A stretch of 64,000 bases of DNA from Myxococcales bacterium (GTDB lineage Bacteria; Desulfobacterota; Binatia; UTPRO1; JBBIJE01): assembly GCA_037446155.1 (NCBI GenBank), contig JBBIJE010000007.1:1765-65764 (forward strand), read 5' to 3'. Under the pieces are notes generated by a model. That model saw only the letters and a program-made list of their open reading frames with translations, was not told the origin of the DNA and did no database searches. Shown here in pieces: positions 38,700 to 48,562 of this stretch. Numbering within the stretch: position 1 is the stretch's first letter; every line of letters begins with the position of its first letter. Position numbers and translations under genes: made by a program.

Positions 38700-38818
38700 G
38701 AAGGGGGCTCCCCCAGCGCTCATCCACACCCGCGCTTGCAAGCCCTCGTACCCCAGAAATGATATCGATTCTGCGGGCGAAGGTAGCCGCATTCGCGGTA
38801 GAGGGCGGGTTTTTTCGC
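38700..38818 (+). terminator. Possible terminator region after mlaD (GC hairpins and a T6 tract)
   Basis: GGGGGCTCCCCC hairpin 4 nt after the mlaD stop; downstream GAGGGCGGGTTTTTT (T-run at 38809-38814). The T-run is rare in this GC context. Confidence 0.25.
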
Positions 38819-38946
38819 CGATTCGGCCCGGAGAGGGCGTGCGGTTATCTACCGGCCCCGCGGCTTCTAGTTAACAGGTTATCCACAGCCACCGCCTCAC
38901 CTCCCCGCCGCCCATCCGCTTCGCGCGATGGGCGGCGGACGCCGGT

Positions 38947-39378
38947 TCAGTTTCGCTTAGCCGCGCTGGGACCGACCAACCCGCGCAACACTCCCAACGC
39001 GGTATCGATCACGCCGCTTCGCCCGGCCCGCACCAGAAGCTCGTACAGCTCGCGCGCCTGCCGGTCGGTCAGAACCGACCGCATCCGCGTGACGAAGTCT
39101 CTCGCCCCTCCGGCTTTCGCATCTTCTACCAAAACGGCAGGCGAGATGTTGAAAGAGGCCGCCAGACGGCTGATCTGCTCATGATTGAACCGCAGTTTCG
39201 GTTTCCTTTGCCTCATGAGCTTCTGATAGTTCGACGGATCTAGGCCCATTCGCCGCGCCATCTCCTTCTTGCTCAAGCCGTGCCGCTGCCGCAAGGACTC
39301 GATGTTTGCCGCGATGAGCTTCCCCAAATCCGCCGTTCCCCGCCCAGCTCTAGCCGTCCCCTGCTTTGCCGTTGCCAT
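38947..39378 (-). CDS. XRE-family helix-turn-helix transcriptional regulator
   Basis: HTH_XRE motif LSKKEMARRMGLDPSNYQKL. Local GC is visibly lower here (~47% over 39181-39240) than in the flanks. Confidence 0.6.
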   Translation of the reverse strand: MATAKQGTARAGRGTADLGKLIAANIESLRQRHGLSKKEMARRMGLDPSNYQKLMRQRKPKLRFNHEQISRLAASFNISPAVLVEDAKAGGARDFVTRMRSVLTDRQARELYELLVRAGRSGVIDTALGVLRGLVGPSAAKRN

Positions 39379-39624
39379 CCCTGCTCCTTACCTCCGAACG
39401 CTCAATGTCACCACCACTCGTGCAAAACGCCCACAGTCACGCGAAACCTAATTGGCTCGCAACACTCAGTCAAGCCATCGCGCGGTGCCCACCGTCGAAC
39501 CATCGGAGAATGCCCCCCTGCGGCGCCGCACCACGGCGCCGGTTTTGTGAATTAGCTACCGCTTGGCGATCCGAGGTAGTCGCGGGGGGCGGGCCAGAGC
39601 TCACCCGGGGAAGCCGAAGGCCCG

Positions 39625-40272
39625 TCAGACGCTCGCTTCCGGCCGGTCTTTTGTGGCGATTACCACCGTAAACAGAGAGTATGGGGACATCTTGAATTTG
39701 CGCTCTATGCTTAACGGCGCCCCGTCCAGCACGTCGTGCAAGCGCAGCGTGGACGTCCAACCCAGACGCCGCGTGATCGGATCCGCCAGCGGAACGAGCG
39801 ACCGCAACACCCTGCGCTGCGTGCGAAAATGATTGATGAGAACGACCTTTCCACCCGGGCGGCACACGCGACTGGCTTCCCGCATCATCCGTGCCGGGTC
39901 CGGCACCACGCTCGCCACGTGAAATCCGGTCACGTAATCGAAGGAGTTGTCGGGGAAACGCAGATCCAGGGCATCCATCTGAAGCAAGGAAACGTGGCGC
40001 CATCGATTGACCTGCGCCTTCCTGCGAGCGAGCTCCAGCATCTCGGGCGCTAGGTCGATCCCGGTAACGTGGCAATGGAACGGGTACGCGCGAAGTGAAA
40101 GCCCGGTCCCCACCCCGATCTCTAACACACGCGCTCCCGGCTCTATGCAAAGCGACTCGATCACACGCGCTATCCGGGAAGAGAAGACCGGGCGAAAAAG
40201 GTAATCGTAGACCCGCGAGAACTCGTAGTAAAGTTTACTCTCGTGGGGAAGGTGTACCGCTACCGGCCGCAT
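39625..40272 (-). CDS. Class I SAM-dependent methyltransferase (Methyltransf_11/12 type)
   Basis: Motif I VLEIGVGTGL and motif post-I/II (ITGIDLAPEML...LQMDALDLRFPDNSFDYV). Small-molecule/protein MTase fold, not a DNA MTase. Confidence 0.8.
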   Translation of the reverse strand: MRPVAVHLPHESKLYYEFSRVYDYLFRPVFSSRIARVIESLCIEPGARVLEIGVGTGLSLRAYPFHCHVTGIDLAPEMLELARRKAQVNRWRHVSLLQMDALDLRFPDNSFDYVTGFHVASVVPDPARMMREASRVCRPGGKVVLINHFRTQRRVLRSLVPLADPITRRLGWTSTLRLHDVLDGAPLSIERKFKMSPYSLFTVVIATKDRPEASV

Positions 40273-40400
40273 TCCCGGCTCCCAGCCCCCGCGCTACCCT
40301 CCAGCGCGACAGCGCACGTCCCAGCGTTCGCCCCAAGCTTGCGCCGGCGGTCGGCGCTCAAGCCGCCATCGCGCCCCACCCTGGCCCCCCTTTCCCACCT

Positions 40401-40634
40401 CTAGGCCGCGGTGGCCCCGCGCAACTGCCGCTTCAAAACAACTATGTCGTGCTTGTTAAAACGCCACTGTCTGCCCTGCTTGAACGCGGGCAAAACACTC
40501 TTGCGCGCCAGCTCGTTCACCGTGTCTGGACTCAGGTCGAGTATGTACGCTGCCTCTCGGCTAGTGAGAAAACGGTCCTTGTTCTCAGTCACTACCATCG
40601 CCCCCCTTGCCGGTCTTGGCCGTATAGCATGCAA
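40401..40634 (-). CDS. Excisionase-family (TIGR01764-like) helix-turn-helix DNA-binding protein
   Basis: LTSREAAYILDLSPDTVNELARKSVLPAFKQGRQWRFNKHDI matches the excisionase/MerR-type HTH consensus. The likely start is MVVTENKD. Confidence 0.6.
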   Translation of the reverse strand: MHAIRPRPARGAMVVTENKDRFLTSREAAYILDLSPDTVNELARKSVLPAFKQGRQWRFNKHDIVVLKRQLRGATAA

Positions 40635-40709
40635 GGAAAATAGGCGTCAAGCAAGAGGCCCGAAGCCGCCCGTCACCCTCACCCGGACACCCACCTTTTC
40701 TTCGAAAAA

Positions 40710-42488
40710 TCAACTGGTTAACCAATCTTCCCTACCACCGGATGACCTGACCGCCTGAAGGTATAACTTGACGCGCCGGCTCCCCCGCCAGTGCTCGACT
40801 CTCGGCCGATATACGCAGTCGACTCGGTCGGCCAGCGCGTTCGCCCGATCCGCCATCCCAAACCCAATCGCACGGAGAAACTCGCTCCCGTTTCCCGCTG
40901 CGCAAAGATCCAAAATGAGGTGGTTGCCCCCGGTGACGCGCCGGCCCAGTAGGCGAAGACCTCTGGTAAACAACACCGGAGCCGGATTGCCAACACCGCA
41001 CGGCTCCAGAAGTTCCAGCGCCTCGAGCGTCCTCCCACTAAGTTCGCTCGCTTCCACTTCGACCTCGGCGTTCGACCCTGAGGGTCCCCCGCCTTCCGCC
41101 GCGAGATCTCCTACGGCCTCTTCGAACGCCTCCGCGAAGTCGGGAAGGTGTTGGCTGGAAATGGTGAGCCCGATAGCCCCCTCGTGCCCGCCCGCGCGCT
41201 CGCAAAGCTTCGCGCACCTTTCCAAAACCCGATTGAGAGGAACGCCTCCGGCGGTTCGCCCCGAGCCGCGCCCCACACCTCCCTCCACCGCGATCACGAC
41301 CGCGGGGAGCCCGTATCGCTCCGCCAACCGGGCCGCCACGATGCCTGCCACGCCCGGATGCCACCCCTCGGACCACAGGACGATACTCGAGCGCCTCGCA
41401 CGCCTGGCAAGCTCGTCGTATCGCACCACAGCCTCTTTCAACATAGCGGCTTCGATAGAACGCCGCATCTGATTGTGCCGCTCTAGCTCCGCAGCCAGCT
41501 CGACCGCCCGTGACCGATCGTCGGTCGTGAGCAGCTCCAACGCCACCGAAGCGTGCCCGACCCTACCGGCCGCGTTTATCCTCGGCGCGACTTGGAATGC
41601 GATGCTCTCGGCGTCGGCAACCTCTATCTTGCTAACGTCGAGTAGCGCTGCGATCCCGGGCCGCAGCTTCTTTCCCATCTGACGAAGACCGAATCTCACC
41701 AGTGCCCGGTTCTCCTCCACCAGGGGAGCCACGTCTGCGATGGTGGCGAGCGCCACAAGGTCGAGGTGCTGCCGCAGATCGGCCACCTGCTCCTGCAATG
41801 ACCCTCGCAGGCGCCTGCGGGTCGCCGCCAAGAGGTAAAAGACCACCCCGGCGGCACACAGTCCCTTGAAAGGGAACTCGCAACCCGCCTGCTTGGGGTT
41901 CACGACCGCGTACGCCGGCGGGCGCATGCCGCTAGGCTCGTGGTGGTCGCACACGATCACATCGAAGCCAAGGTGTGTCGCGAGCGGGATTTCCCGCGTG
42001 GCGTTGGTGCCGCAATCCACCGTGACCAGAACACCGCCCCCAGCTCGCGCAAGGTCGCGTATGGCATTTTCATTCAGCCCGTAACCTTCGTCCAGCCGAT
42101 CGGGAATGTAGACTACCGACTCCACGCCGAGGGAGCGCAGAAACAGGAGAAGCTCCGCCGTCCCGGCCAATCCGTCCACGTCGTAGTCGCCGTAAACGAC
42201 GATCCGCTCGCGATTCCCAATGGCCCGAGCTAAGCGCTCCGCCGCCCTGGGAAGGTCCAGCATGAGCTCGGGCGGCCGCAGGGAAGACCTGAGGGAAGCC
42301 TCAAGAAATCCCTTGACCTTTTCCGGTGCAATCCCCCTTGCCGCCAGAATTTTTGCCAGGAGCGAACGGCCACCCTCGGCCGCGACGAGCCCGCCGATTT
42401 CCCGCTCTACGCGCGCTACCGAGGAGCGGTCGGGTTCCAAGACCTCGCAACCCTCCCCCACCCTGCCCACCACCCCGCCCAGCGCCAC
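40710..42488 (-). CDS. recJ: Single-stranded-DNA-specific exonuclease RecJ
   Basis: DHH motifs (VVYGDYDVDGL, CDHHEP) and the DHHA1 C-terminal region. Confidence 0.9.
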   Translation of the reverse strand: MALGGVVGRVGEGCEVLEPDRSSVARVEREIGGLVAAEGGRSLLAKILAARGIAPEKVKGFLEASLRSSLRPPELMLDLPRAAERLARAIGNRERIVVYGDYDVDGLAGTAELLLFLRSLGVESVVYIPDRLDEGYGLNENAIRDLARAGGGVLVTVDCGTNATREIPLATHLGFDVIVCDHHEPSGMRPPAYAVVNPKQAGCEFPFKGLCAAGVVFYLLAATRRRLRGSLQEQVADLRQHLDLVALATIADVAPLVEENRALVRFGLRQMGKKLRPGIAALLDVSKIEVADAESIAFQVAPRINAAGRVGHASVALELLTTDDRSRAVELAAELERHNQMRRSIEAAMLKEAVVRYDELARRARRSSIVLWSEGWHPGVAGIVAARLAERYGLPAVVIAVEGGVGRGSGRTAGGVPLNRVLERCAKLCERAGGHEGAIGLTISSQHLPDFAEAFEEAVGDLAAEGGGPSGSNAEVEVEASELSGRTLEALELLEPCGVGNPAPVLFTRGLRLLGRRVTGGNHLILDLCAAGNGSEFLRAIGFGMADRANALADRVDCVYRPRVEHWRGSRRVKLYLQAVRSSGGREDWLTS

Positions 42489-42496
42489 CTAGATCC

Positions 42497-43411
42497 TCAA
42501 CGCCTAGGCCTAAAGACCGGTCCTCTTTCGAAGAAGAGAACTACCGGACTTGCGATGAAGATAGACGAGTAGGTCCCGATGGTGAATCCTACGATTAGGG
42601 TGTAAGCAAACCCGTGAATGACCCCGCCGCCCAGAACGAACAGCGCGACCAAAACCAGCAGTGCCGTACCCGTGGTAAGGATCGTCCGGCTTAAAGTCTC
42701 GTTGATGCTGATATTCACTATCCCGGCCATCGGCTGTCTCCTGAGTTTGCGCATGTTCTCCCGGATTCTGTCCGAGATGATAACGGTGTCGTTCACAGAA
42801 AAGCCGACGACGGTTAGCAGTGCTGCGACTACGGTGAGGTCGAACTCCATGCGCGCGACCGAGAGCGCGCCCACGGTGATGATCACGTCGTGTGCAAGTG
42901 CGACAGCCGCGCCGAGTCCGAACCGCCACTGAAATCTTACCGCGATGTATATGCCCATCATGATAGTGGCAAAGGTCACCGCGAGGATTGCCTTCTGACG
43001 CAGAACCTTACCGACCCTCGGTCCCACGCTCTCGGTGCGCAACAGCTTGAAGGCGTCGGCACCGAACTTGGCCCTGAGGGGCCCCACCACGCTCTCCGAG
43101 ATTCCTTGCAGCGCCTCGTCGGTCTGAGGAAGACGCAGCAAATACTCCCCCTCGGCACCGCCGAAATCCTGCACCACCACCGTGTCGAACTTGGTGCCTT
43201 TGAAAACCGAGCGTATCTCACCGACCTTGACCGGCTGGCGAAACCGCAGATGCAGCAGCGTCCCGCCTGCGAAATCCACTCCGTAGTTCGGCCCCCCCTG
43301 GAGGACCAGAGATAGCACGCTGATTGCGATCAGCGCGGCGGAAAACGCGAATGTCCATCCCCTCAGGCGAACGAAATCGATCTTTGTCCCAGGCTTGATT
43401 ATTTCAATCAT
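42497..43411 (-). CDS. secF: Protein-export membrane protein SecF
   Basis: GVDFAGGTLL motif and a 6-TM SecF topology. Confidence 0.9.
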   Translation of the reverse strand: MIEIIKPGTKIDFVRLRGWTFAFSAALIAISVLSLVLQGGPNYGVDFAGGTLLHLRFRQPVKVGEIRSVFKGTKFDTVVVQDFGGAEGEYLLRLPQTDEALQGISESVVGPLRAKFGADAFKLLRTESVGPRVGKVLRQKAILAVTFATIMMGIYIAVRFQWRFGLGAAVALAHDVIITVGALSVARMEFDLTVVAALLTVVGFSVNDTVIISDRIRENMRKLRRQPMAGIVNISINETLSRTILTTGTALLVLVALFVLGGGVIHGFAYTLIVGFTIGTYSSIFIASPVVLFFERGPVFRPRR

Positions 43412-43525
43412 CTATCCTCCAAGTGCCAAGCGCAAACGGCCCGCCTAACGGAAGGCCCGCGATTCCTCCCCCGACCACGGGCCTCGCGTTGGTAAGAGAT
43501 GCCACCAAGAGCGTCGCCATCCCCA

Positions 43526-45103
43526 TCAGATACTAACTGTATCGAGCCGCCGCCGCTGCAAGAGATAGTCGTAGACTATGCGCGTGCCCACGACGGCGGT
43601 AAATACGCTGGTCACGATTCCGATGCACAACGTGACCGCGAACCCCTTGACCGGCCCGGAGCCAAAGTTCAACAGGATCAACCCAGAAAGAAAGGTCGTT
43701 ATGTTGGAGTCGAGGATCGCCGGAAGAGCGCGCTCGTAGCCGGCCTCGATCGCCGCCCGGGGGGTCTTGCTCTGCCTCAGCTCCTCGCGAATGCGCTCGT
43801 TGATGAGCACGTTAGCGTCCACCGCCATCCCGAGCGTGAGCACGATGCCGGCGATGCCTGGAAGGGTGAGGGTCGCCCCGAAGACGGCCAGGGCCGCAAG
43901 GAGGAAAAAGACATTCATTACGAGCGCAAGATCCGCCAACACGCCGGCGAGCCGATAATAAAAAATCATGAAGGCCACCACCGCAGTGAAGCCTACCGCA
44001 AAGGAGAAGAGACCCTGGCGGATCGAATCACGTCCCAGAGTCGGACCCACTGCGCGTTCCTCGGAGAGCGTGACCGGGGCCGGTAGAGCGCCTGCCCTGA
44101 GGACGATCGCCAGGTCGTGCGCTTCGCGAACATCCGCCAAACCGTTTATCGTGGCCCTGCCCCCGCCTATCCGCTCCCTGATGACCGGAGCCGAATAAAC
44201 GGTATTGTCCAGAATGATGGCCAGGCGACGCCCCACGTTGGCGCCGGTGAGTTCATCGAATATGCGAGCCCCCCTGCTGTTGAGGGTCAGGTCGACCGAT
44301 GGGCCTTCGAGCTGAGTGCCCGGCCGGGCCCTGGCGTCGGCGATCACTTCCCCGGTCATGAGAACCTTCTTCTCCACCACATAAGGGAGGTGCCTGTGAA
44401 TCTGACCGGTCAGGGGATCTCGCTCCTGGCCGTAGATCACCTCGGTGCCGGGCGGTGGCTGGTCCGGGGACCCGGAGGTCGCCAGCAACTTGAATTCGAG
44501 TTGTGCCGTCTTTCCGATGAGTTCCTTGGCCCGTCCCGGGTCCTGAATACCGGGAAGCTGGATGAGTATGCTCTCTTCTCCGCTCCTCTGAATCACCGGC
44601 TCGCGCACCCCGTACTGATCGACGCGGTTGCGAATCGTCTCCAGGGATTGTTCCACCGCAAACTGCCTTATTCTCTGCGCTTCCCGCCCCTCGATCCCCA
44701 GCACCACTTCGCTCGGCTCGGTCGCTCCGTCACTCACCTCCTGCAGGGTCGGAAAGCGATCGGCGAGGATCTCGCGCAACTCGCCCACCTTGTCCGCGTC
44801 GAGCAGCTTCACGTGCAGTCGCTGATCCACGCGTTTGATCGAGACTGTAGCCAGCTCCTTGGCGCGGAGCTCGCGCTTGAGATCCTCCCCCATCCCGCTC
44901 AACGCGTTTTCCAGGGCCTTTTCGACCTCGACGTGCAAGATGAGGTGTATGCCCCCCTGCAGATCGAGCCCGAGCCTGATTTTCTCCTTGGGGAAAACCG
45001 CTGGCCACCAGCTCGGAAGGGGCTCGACAAGTGACGGTATCAGAAACAAGGAGCTAACCAGCACTAACCCAATCACCAACCAGATGCGATAGTGAAGCTT
45101 CAT
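43526..45103 (-). CDS. secD: Protein-export membrane protein SecD
   Basis: LGLDLQGGIHLILHV periplasmic domain start and C-terminal TM bundle (TLPGIAGIVLTLGMAVDANVLINERIREE). Confidence 0.9.
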   Translation of the reverse strand: MKLHYRIWLVIGLVLVSSLFLIPSLVEPLPSWWPAVFPKEKIRLGLDLQGGIHLILHVEVEKALENALSGMGEDLKRELRAKELATVSIKRVDQRLHVKLLDADKVGELREILADRFPTLQEVSDGATEPSEVVLGIEGREAQRIRQFAVEQSLETIRNRVDQYGVREPVIQRSGEESILIQLPGIQDPGRAKELIGKTAQLEFKLLATSGSPDQPPPGTEVIYGQERDPLTGQIHRHLPYVVEKKVLMTGEVIADARARPGTQLEGPSVDLTLNSRGARIFDELTGANVGRRLAIILDNTVYSAPVIRERIGGGRATINGLADVREAHDLAIVLRAGALPAPVTLSEERAVGPTLGRDSIRQGLFSFAVGFTAVVAFMIFYYRLAGVLADLALVMNVFFLLAALAVFGATLTLPGIAGIVLTLGMAVDANVLINERIREELRQSKTPRAAIEAGYERALPAILDSNITTFLSGLILLNFGSGPVKGFAVTLCIGIVTSVFTAVVGTRIVYDYLLQRRRLDTVSI

Positions 45104-45435
45104 TTCTTCTCCTTGGCCTCCCCCTTTCCTCCGCTGAGGACCGCCGCCACTTGCGCACGCTCTATCCGCACCCTGACATTCTGCGCGATCTCCACGGTGA
45201 GCACTCGATCCTCCAAGCCAACCACCCGACCGTGCAGCCCTCCGGTCGTGATCACTTCGTCGTTCTTTTTTATGTTGGCCACCATCGTGGCGTGCTCCCT
45301 GGCCTTTCTTTGCTGCGGTCTGATCAGCAAAAGATACACGACCGCGAAGATGAGCACGAAGGGCAGCATCTGAACCAGCACGCCCGGCCCCCTCTCCGCT
45401 GGCGCCGGCGTTTGTGCAAACGCTATGTCGAGCAT
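45100..45435 (-). CDS. yajC: Preprotein translocase subunit YajC
   Basis: 111-aa C-terminal part of the 45100..46056 track ORF (MLDIAF...MLPFVLIFAVVYLLLIRPQQRK). The ATG at 45435 confirmed on the sequence. Confidence 0.8.
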   Translation of the reverse strand: MLDIAFAQTPAPAERGPGVLVQMLPFVLIFAVVYLLLIRPQQRKAREHATMVANIKKNDEVITTGGLHGRVVGLEDRVLTVEIAQNVRVRIERAQVAAVLSGGKGEAKEKK

Positions 45436-46556
45436 CCCTCCTCCTTCGATTGCGCCCCTTCGACGGCCAGGAATCGGGTGGCGAATGCGGAAAAGGTTCC
45501 CGCCCGCACCGCCTCCCTGATTCGGGCCATGAGCCGCTGATAGAAGTGGAGATTGTGTAGAGTAAGGAGGGTAACCGAGAGCGGCTCCTTGCAGATCAGA
45601 AGATGGCGAAGATAGGCCCGGCTGAAATGCTGGCATGTGTAGCAAGAGCAGCGATCGTCGATCGGCCCCCGATCCTCGGCATGTGCGGCGTTTCGAATCA
45701 CCAGCTTTCCCCGACTGGTGAAGAGCTGCCCGTTGCGCGCGTTGCGCGTCGGCAGGACGCAATCGAAAAGATCGAATCCCATCCCCACCAACTGGACCAG
45801 ATCGGCCGGCGCTCCTGCTCCCATGAAATACCTGGGGCGATCCGCCGGCAGCCAACGGATCGTGGCAGCCGCGGTAGCGTAAGTTTCGGCTTTCGATTCC
45901 CCCACCGAAAGACCGCCGACGGCGTAGCCATCGAAACCAAGGGCTGTTATCTCCTCTGCGCTGCGCTGCCTTTCCGCCAAGGCCACGCCACCCTGAACTA
46001 TTCCGAACAGCGCCTGATCCTCCCGCCGCCTCGCCGCCAAGGACCGCCTCGCCCAAAGGCTCGTCCTATCGACCGCCTCGCGAACCATCCGCGGGTCGCA
46101 AGGTAAAGTCACGCAATGGTCCAGAACCATGGCGATGTCAACACCGAGGCGTTCCTGCACTTCGACCATCTTCTCGGGCGTCAACCTCCACTTGCTGCCA
46201 TCCAGGTGCGAGCGAAACTCCACCCCCTCGTCCGCAATCTTCACCAACTTGGCCATGGAGTGAAGCTGATACCCTCCACTGTCGCTCAGAACCGGCCCCG
46301 GCCAGCCGCAAAAGGCGTGTATTCCTCCCAACTCCTCGATTCTCTCGGGGCCAGGTCTTAGCAGAAGGTGATACGCATTAACAAGGATGATCTGCGTCCC
46401 GGTCTCCGCGATCTGGCGGGGGGTGAGACCCTTGACGCTGCCGGCGCTGCCCACCGGCATGAACGCGGGTGTGTCGACGGTGCCATGCCCGAGCTCCAAG
46501 TGGCCCGCTCGGGCCTCCGACGCCGGATCGACGGCGCTTATCCGAAATCCACGCAT
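45423..46556 (-). CDS. tgt: Queuine tRNA-ribosyltransferase Tgt
   Basis: TPxFMPVGS, VNAYHL, Zn-site CxCxxC...H (CSCYTCQHFSRAYLRHL). Probable start MRGFRISAV, overlapping the queA stop. Confidence 0.9.
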   Translation of the reverse strand: MRGFRISAVDPASEARAGHLELGHGTVDTPAFMPVGSAGSVKGLTPRQIAETGTQIILVNAYHLLLRPGPERIEELGGIHAFCGWPGPVLSDSGGYQLHSMAKLVKIADEGVEFRSHLDGSKWRLTPEKMVEVQERLGVDIAMVLDHCVTLPCDPRMVREAVDRTSLWARRSLAARRREDQALFGIVQGGVALAERQRSAEEITALGFDGYAVGGLSVGESKAETYATAAATIRWLPADRPRYFMGAGAPADLVQLVGMGFDLFDCVLPTRNARNGQLFTSRGKLVIRNAAHAEDRGPIDDRCSCYTCQHFSRAYLRHLLICKEPLSVTLLTLHNLHFYQRLMARIREAVRAGTFSAFATRFLAVEGAQSKEEGCST

Positions 46557-47587
46557 CACTTGATGAGCATGGCGTCGCCATAACTGTATAGTCTGTACCC
46601 CTGCCAGACCGCTTCCCGATAGGCGGCCCTCACGAGCTCCACTCCCCCTAACGCCATCGCCAGCGCCAAGGGGGTCGAGCGGGGCAGGTGGAAATTGGTA
46701 AGCATGCAATCAACGACTCGGAAGCTGTAACCCGGCGCGATAAAGATATCGGTCGAACCCGTGCCGGGAAGGGGCCGACCGTGAAAGCCCGCAGACCCTT
46801 CAAGCGCCCGCGTTGTCGTGGTACCTACGGCAATTACTTTGCCGCCGCGGCTCTTGGTCCTCGCGATCGCATCGACCGTCTGCCGGGGAATACTGTAGCG
46901 CTCCGCCTGCATCCGGTGAAGCTCGAGCTGCGGCGCCCTGATGGGCGAAAAGGTCCCGACACCGACGGTCAGCGTCACGAACGCCACCGCCACACCGCGG
47001 TCGCGAAGCCGATCGAAGATGCGCGTGGTAAAGTGAAGTCCGGCCGTTGGCGCCGCCACAGCCCCCTGCACCCTCGCGTAAACGGTCTGGTAACGTTGCG
47101 CATCTTGTGCGATCGGCGGGCGCCTTATATAAGGAGGAAGAGGGATTTGGCCTTGTCGTGCCATCGCCGTGCGCACGTCCGTGGGGTGACTGAAGGTAAC
47201 GAGCGCCCGACCGTCTTGCGCTCTGCCACCCCAGGTACCCCGCAACCCGCCACCAAAATCCAGCTCCTCTCCCCGTTTCATCCCGCGCGCCCGACCGGCG
47301 AGACAAAGCCAGGCGGACGCGGCTCCGTTCACCTTCTCAGTTAGCAGGATCTCCACCGCCCCGCCGGTTGCCCGCCTGCCTTTCAAGCGCGCCGGGAACA
47401 CCTTGGCATCGTTCAGAACGAGCAGGTCGCCCGGTTCAACCCAGCGATCCAAGTTCCGGAAGGTGTCATGGACTACCGCACCCCTGTCACGATCGACCAC
47501 CATGAGCCTGGACGCATCGCGCTCCGCCAGCGGGAACTGGGCTATCTGGTCCTCGCTGAATTCGTAGTCCAACAACTCCGCCAGCAT
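46556..47587 (-). CDS. queA: S-adenosylmethionine:tRNA ribosyltransferase-isomerase QueA
   Basis: N-terminal LDYEFSEDQIAQFPLAERDASRLMVV and LVLNDAKVFPARL motifs. Confidence 0.9.
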   Translation of the reverse strand: MLAELLDYEFSEDQIAQFPLAERDASRLMVVDRDRGAVVHDTFRNLDRWVEPGDLLVLNDAKVFPARLKGRRATGGAVEILLTEKVNGAASAWLCLAGRARGMKRGEELDFGGGLRGTWGGRAQDGRALVTFSHPTDVRTAMARQGQIPLPPYIRRPPIAQDAQRYQTVYARVQGAVAAPTAGLHFTTRIFDRLRDRGVAVAFVTLTVGVGTFSPIRAPQLELHRMQAERYSIPRQTVDAIARTKSRGGKVIAVGTTTTRALEGSAGFHGRPLPGTGSTDIFIAPGYSFRVVDCMLTNFHLPRSTPLALAMALGGVELVRAAYREAVWQGYRLYSYGDAMLIK

Positions 47588-47607
47588 CTTCGGCGCCCTT
47601 CTGCGGC

Positions 47608-48387
47608 TCAGCTCTGGGCGGTCGGCTGCGCGCCAGACCCTTTGTAGCCGAAAAAGGGGCCCAGCAGATCGATCGGCACCGGGAAGATCGTCGTGGAATT
47701 GTTGCCCGCGGCGATCTCGACCAGGGTCTGGAGGTACCTAAGCTGCACCGCAAGAGGATGCGCTTCCAGAATCTTCGCCGCATCCGCCATTCTCTGGGCC
47801 GCCTGGAACTCCCCCTCCGCCCTGATCACTTTGGCACGCCGCTCGCGCTCGGCCTCCGCCTGCTGAGCCATGGCTCTGCGCATCTCGTCCGGCAGATCGA
47901 TGTGCTTGAGCTCCACCAAGACCACCTTGATGCCCCAGGGATCCGTTTGCTGGTCCAGGATCTCTTGGATGTGCGTGTTCACGCGCTCTCGCTCCGCCAG
48001 CAAGGTGTCTAACTCGGCCTGGCCGCAAACGCTTCGGAGTGTCGTCTGCGCCAGTTGAGAGGTGGCGAACAGGTAGTTCTCTACCTCGACCACAGCCTTG
48101 TTCGGATCCACTACCCGGAAATAGAGCACGGCATTCACCTTGACCGAAACGTTATCCTTCGTGATCACATCCTGCGAAGGGACATCCATGGTGATTGTAC
48201 GAAGGTCCACCCGAACCATTTTATCGACTATCGGAATGACGTACCGAATGCCAGCTCCTTTGAAGTTGATGAGTCGGCCGAAGCGGAAGATGACGCCCCG
48301 TTCGAATTCCTTGAGAACCTTGACGCCGCTAAAGAGAAATACCAGTGCAATCAATACAATCGTAGCCAACGGCCCCAAACCAAACAT
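47608..48387 (-). CDS. SPFH/band-7 (stomatin-like) membrane protein
   Basis: N-terminal TM plus SPFH domain ([37 protein letters not shown]). Confidence 0.85.
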   Translation of the reverse strand: MFGLGPLATIVLIALVFLFSGVKVLKEFERGVIFRFGRLINFKGAGIRYVIPIVDKMVRVDLRTITMDVPSQDVITKDNVSVKVNAVLYFRVVDPNKAVVEVENYLFATSQLAQTTLRSVCGQAELDTLLAERERVNTHIQEILDQQTDPWGIKVVLVELKHIDLPDEMRRAMAQQAEAERERRAKVIRAEGEFQAAQRMADAAKILEAHPLAVQLRYLQTLVEIAAGNNSTTIFPVPIDLLGPFFGYKGSGAQPTAQS

Positions 48388-48562
48388 CGCTCCCTCCTAT
48401 CCTACCGGTCTGCAGCACTCGTAGAGCCGCCTTAAACACCCCTCGCGCCCCTTTGCAACTACCGCTTAGCCTGCGATCGTCCGCGCGGCGCCGCCACAGC
48501 CGCATCCGACGCAACCCCCTCGCCTGGCCTCGGCCCATGCTTGTATCTGCGCTGACAGCACC

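Noticed and set aside
45100-46056. Track ORF 45100..46056 (318 aa) appearing to fuse YajC with an upstream domain; the same pattern at 48563..50167, 61270..62319, 45423..46709 and 16111..17193.
   Set aside because: The N-terminal parts are low-complexity read-through of the neighbouring gene's 3' end in another frame. Conserved family starts (MLDIAF, MRFRAL, MSREKRD, MRGFRISAV, VHRSSPP with AGGAGG) lie internally.
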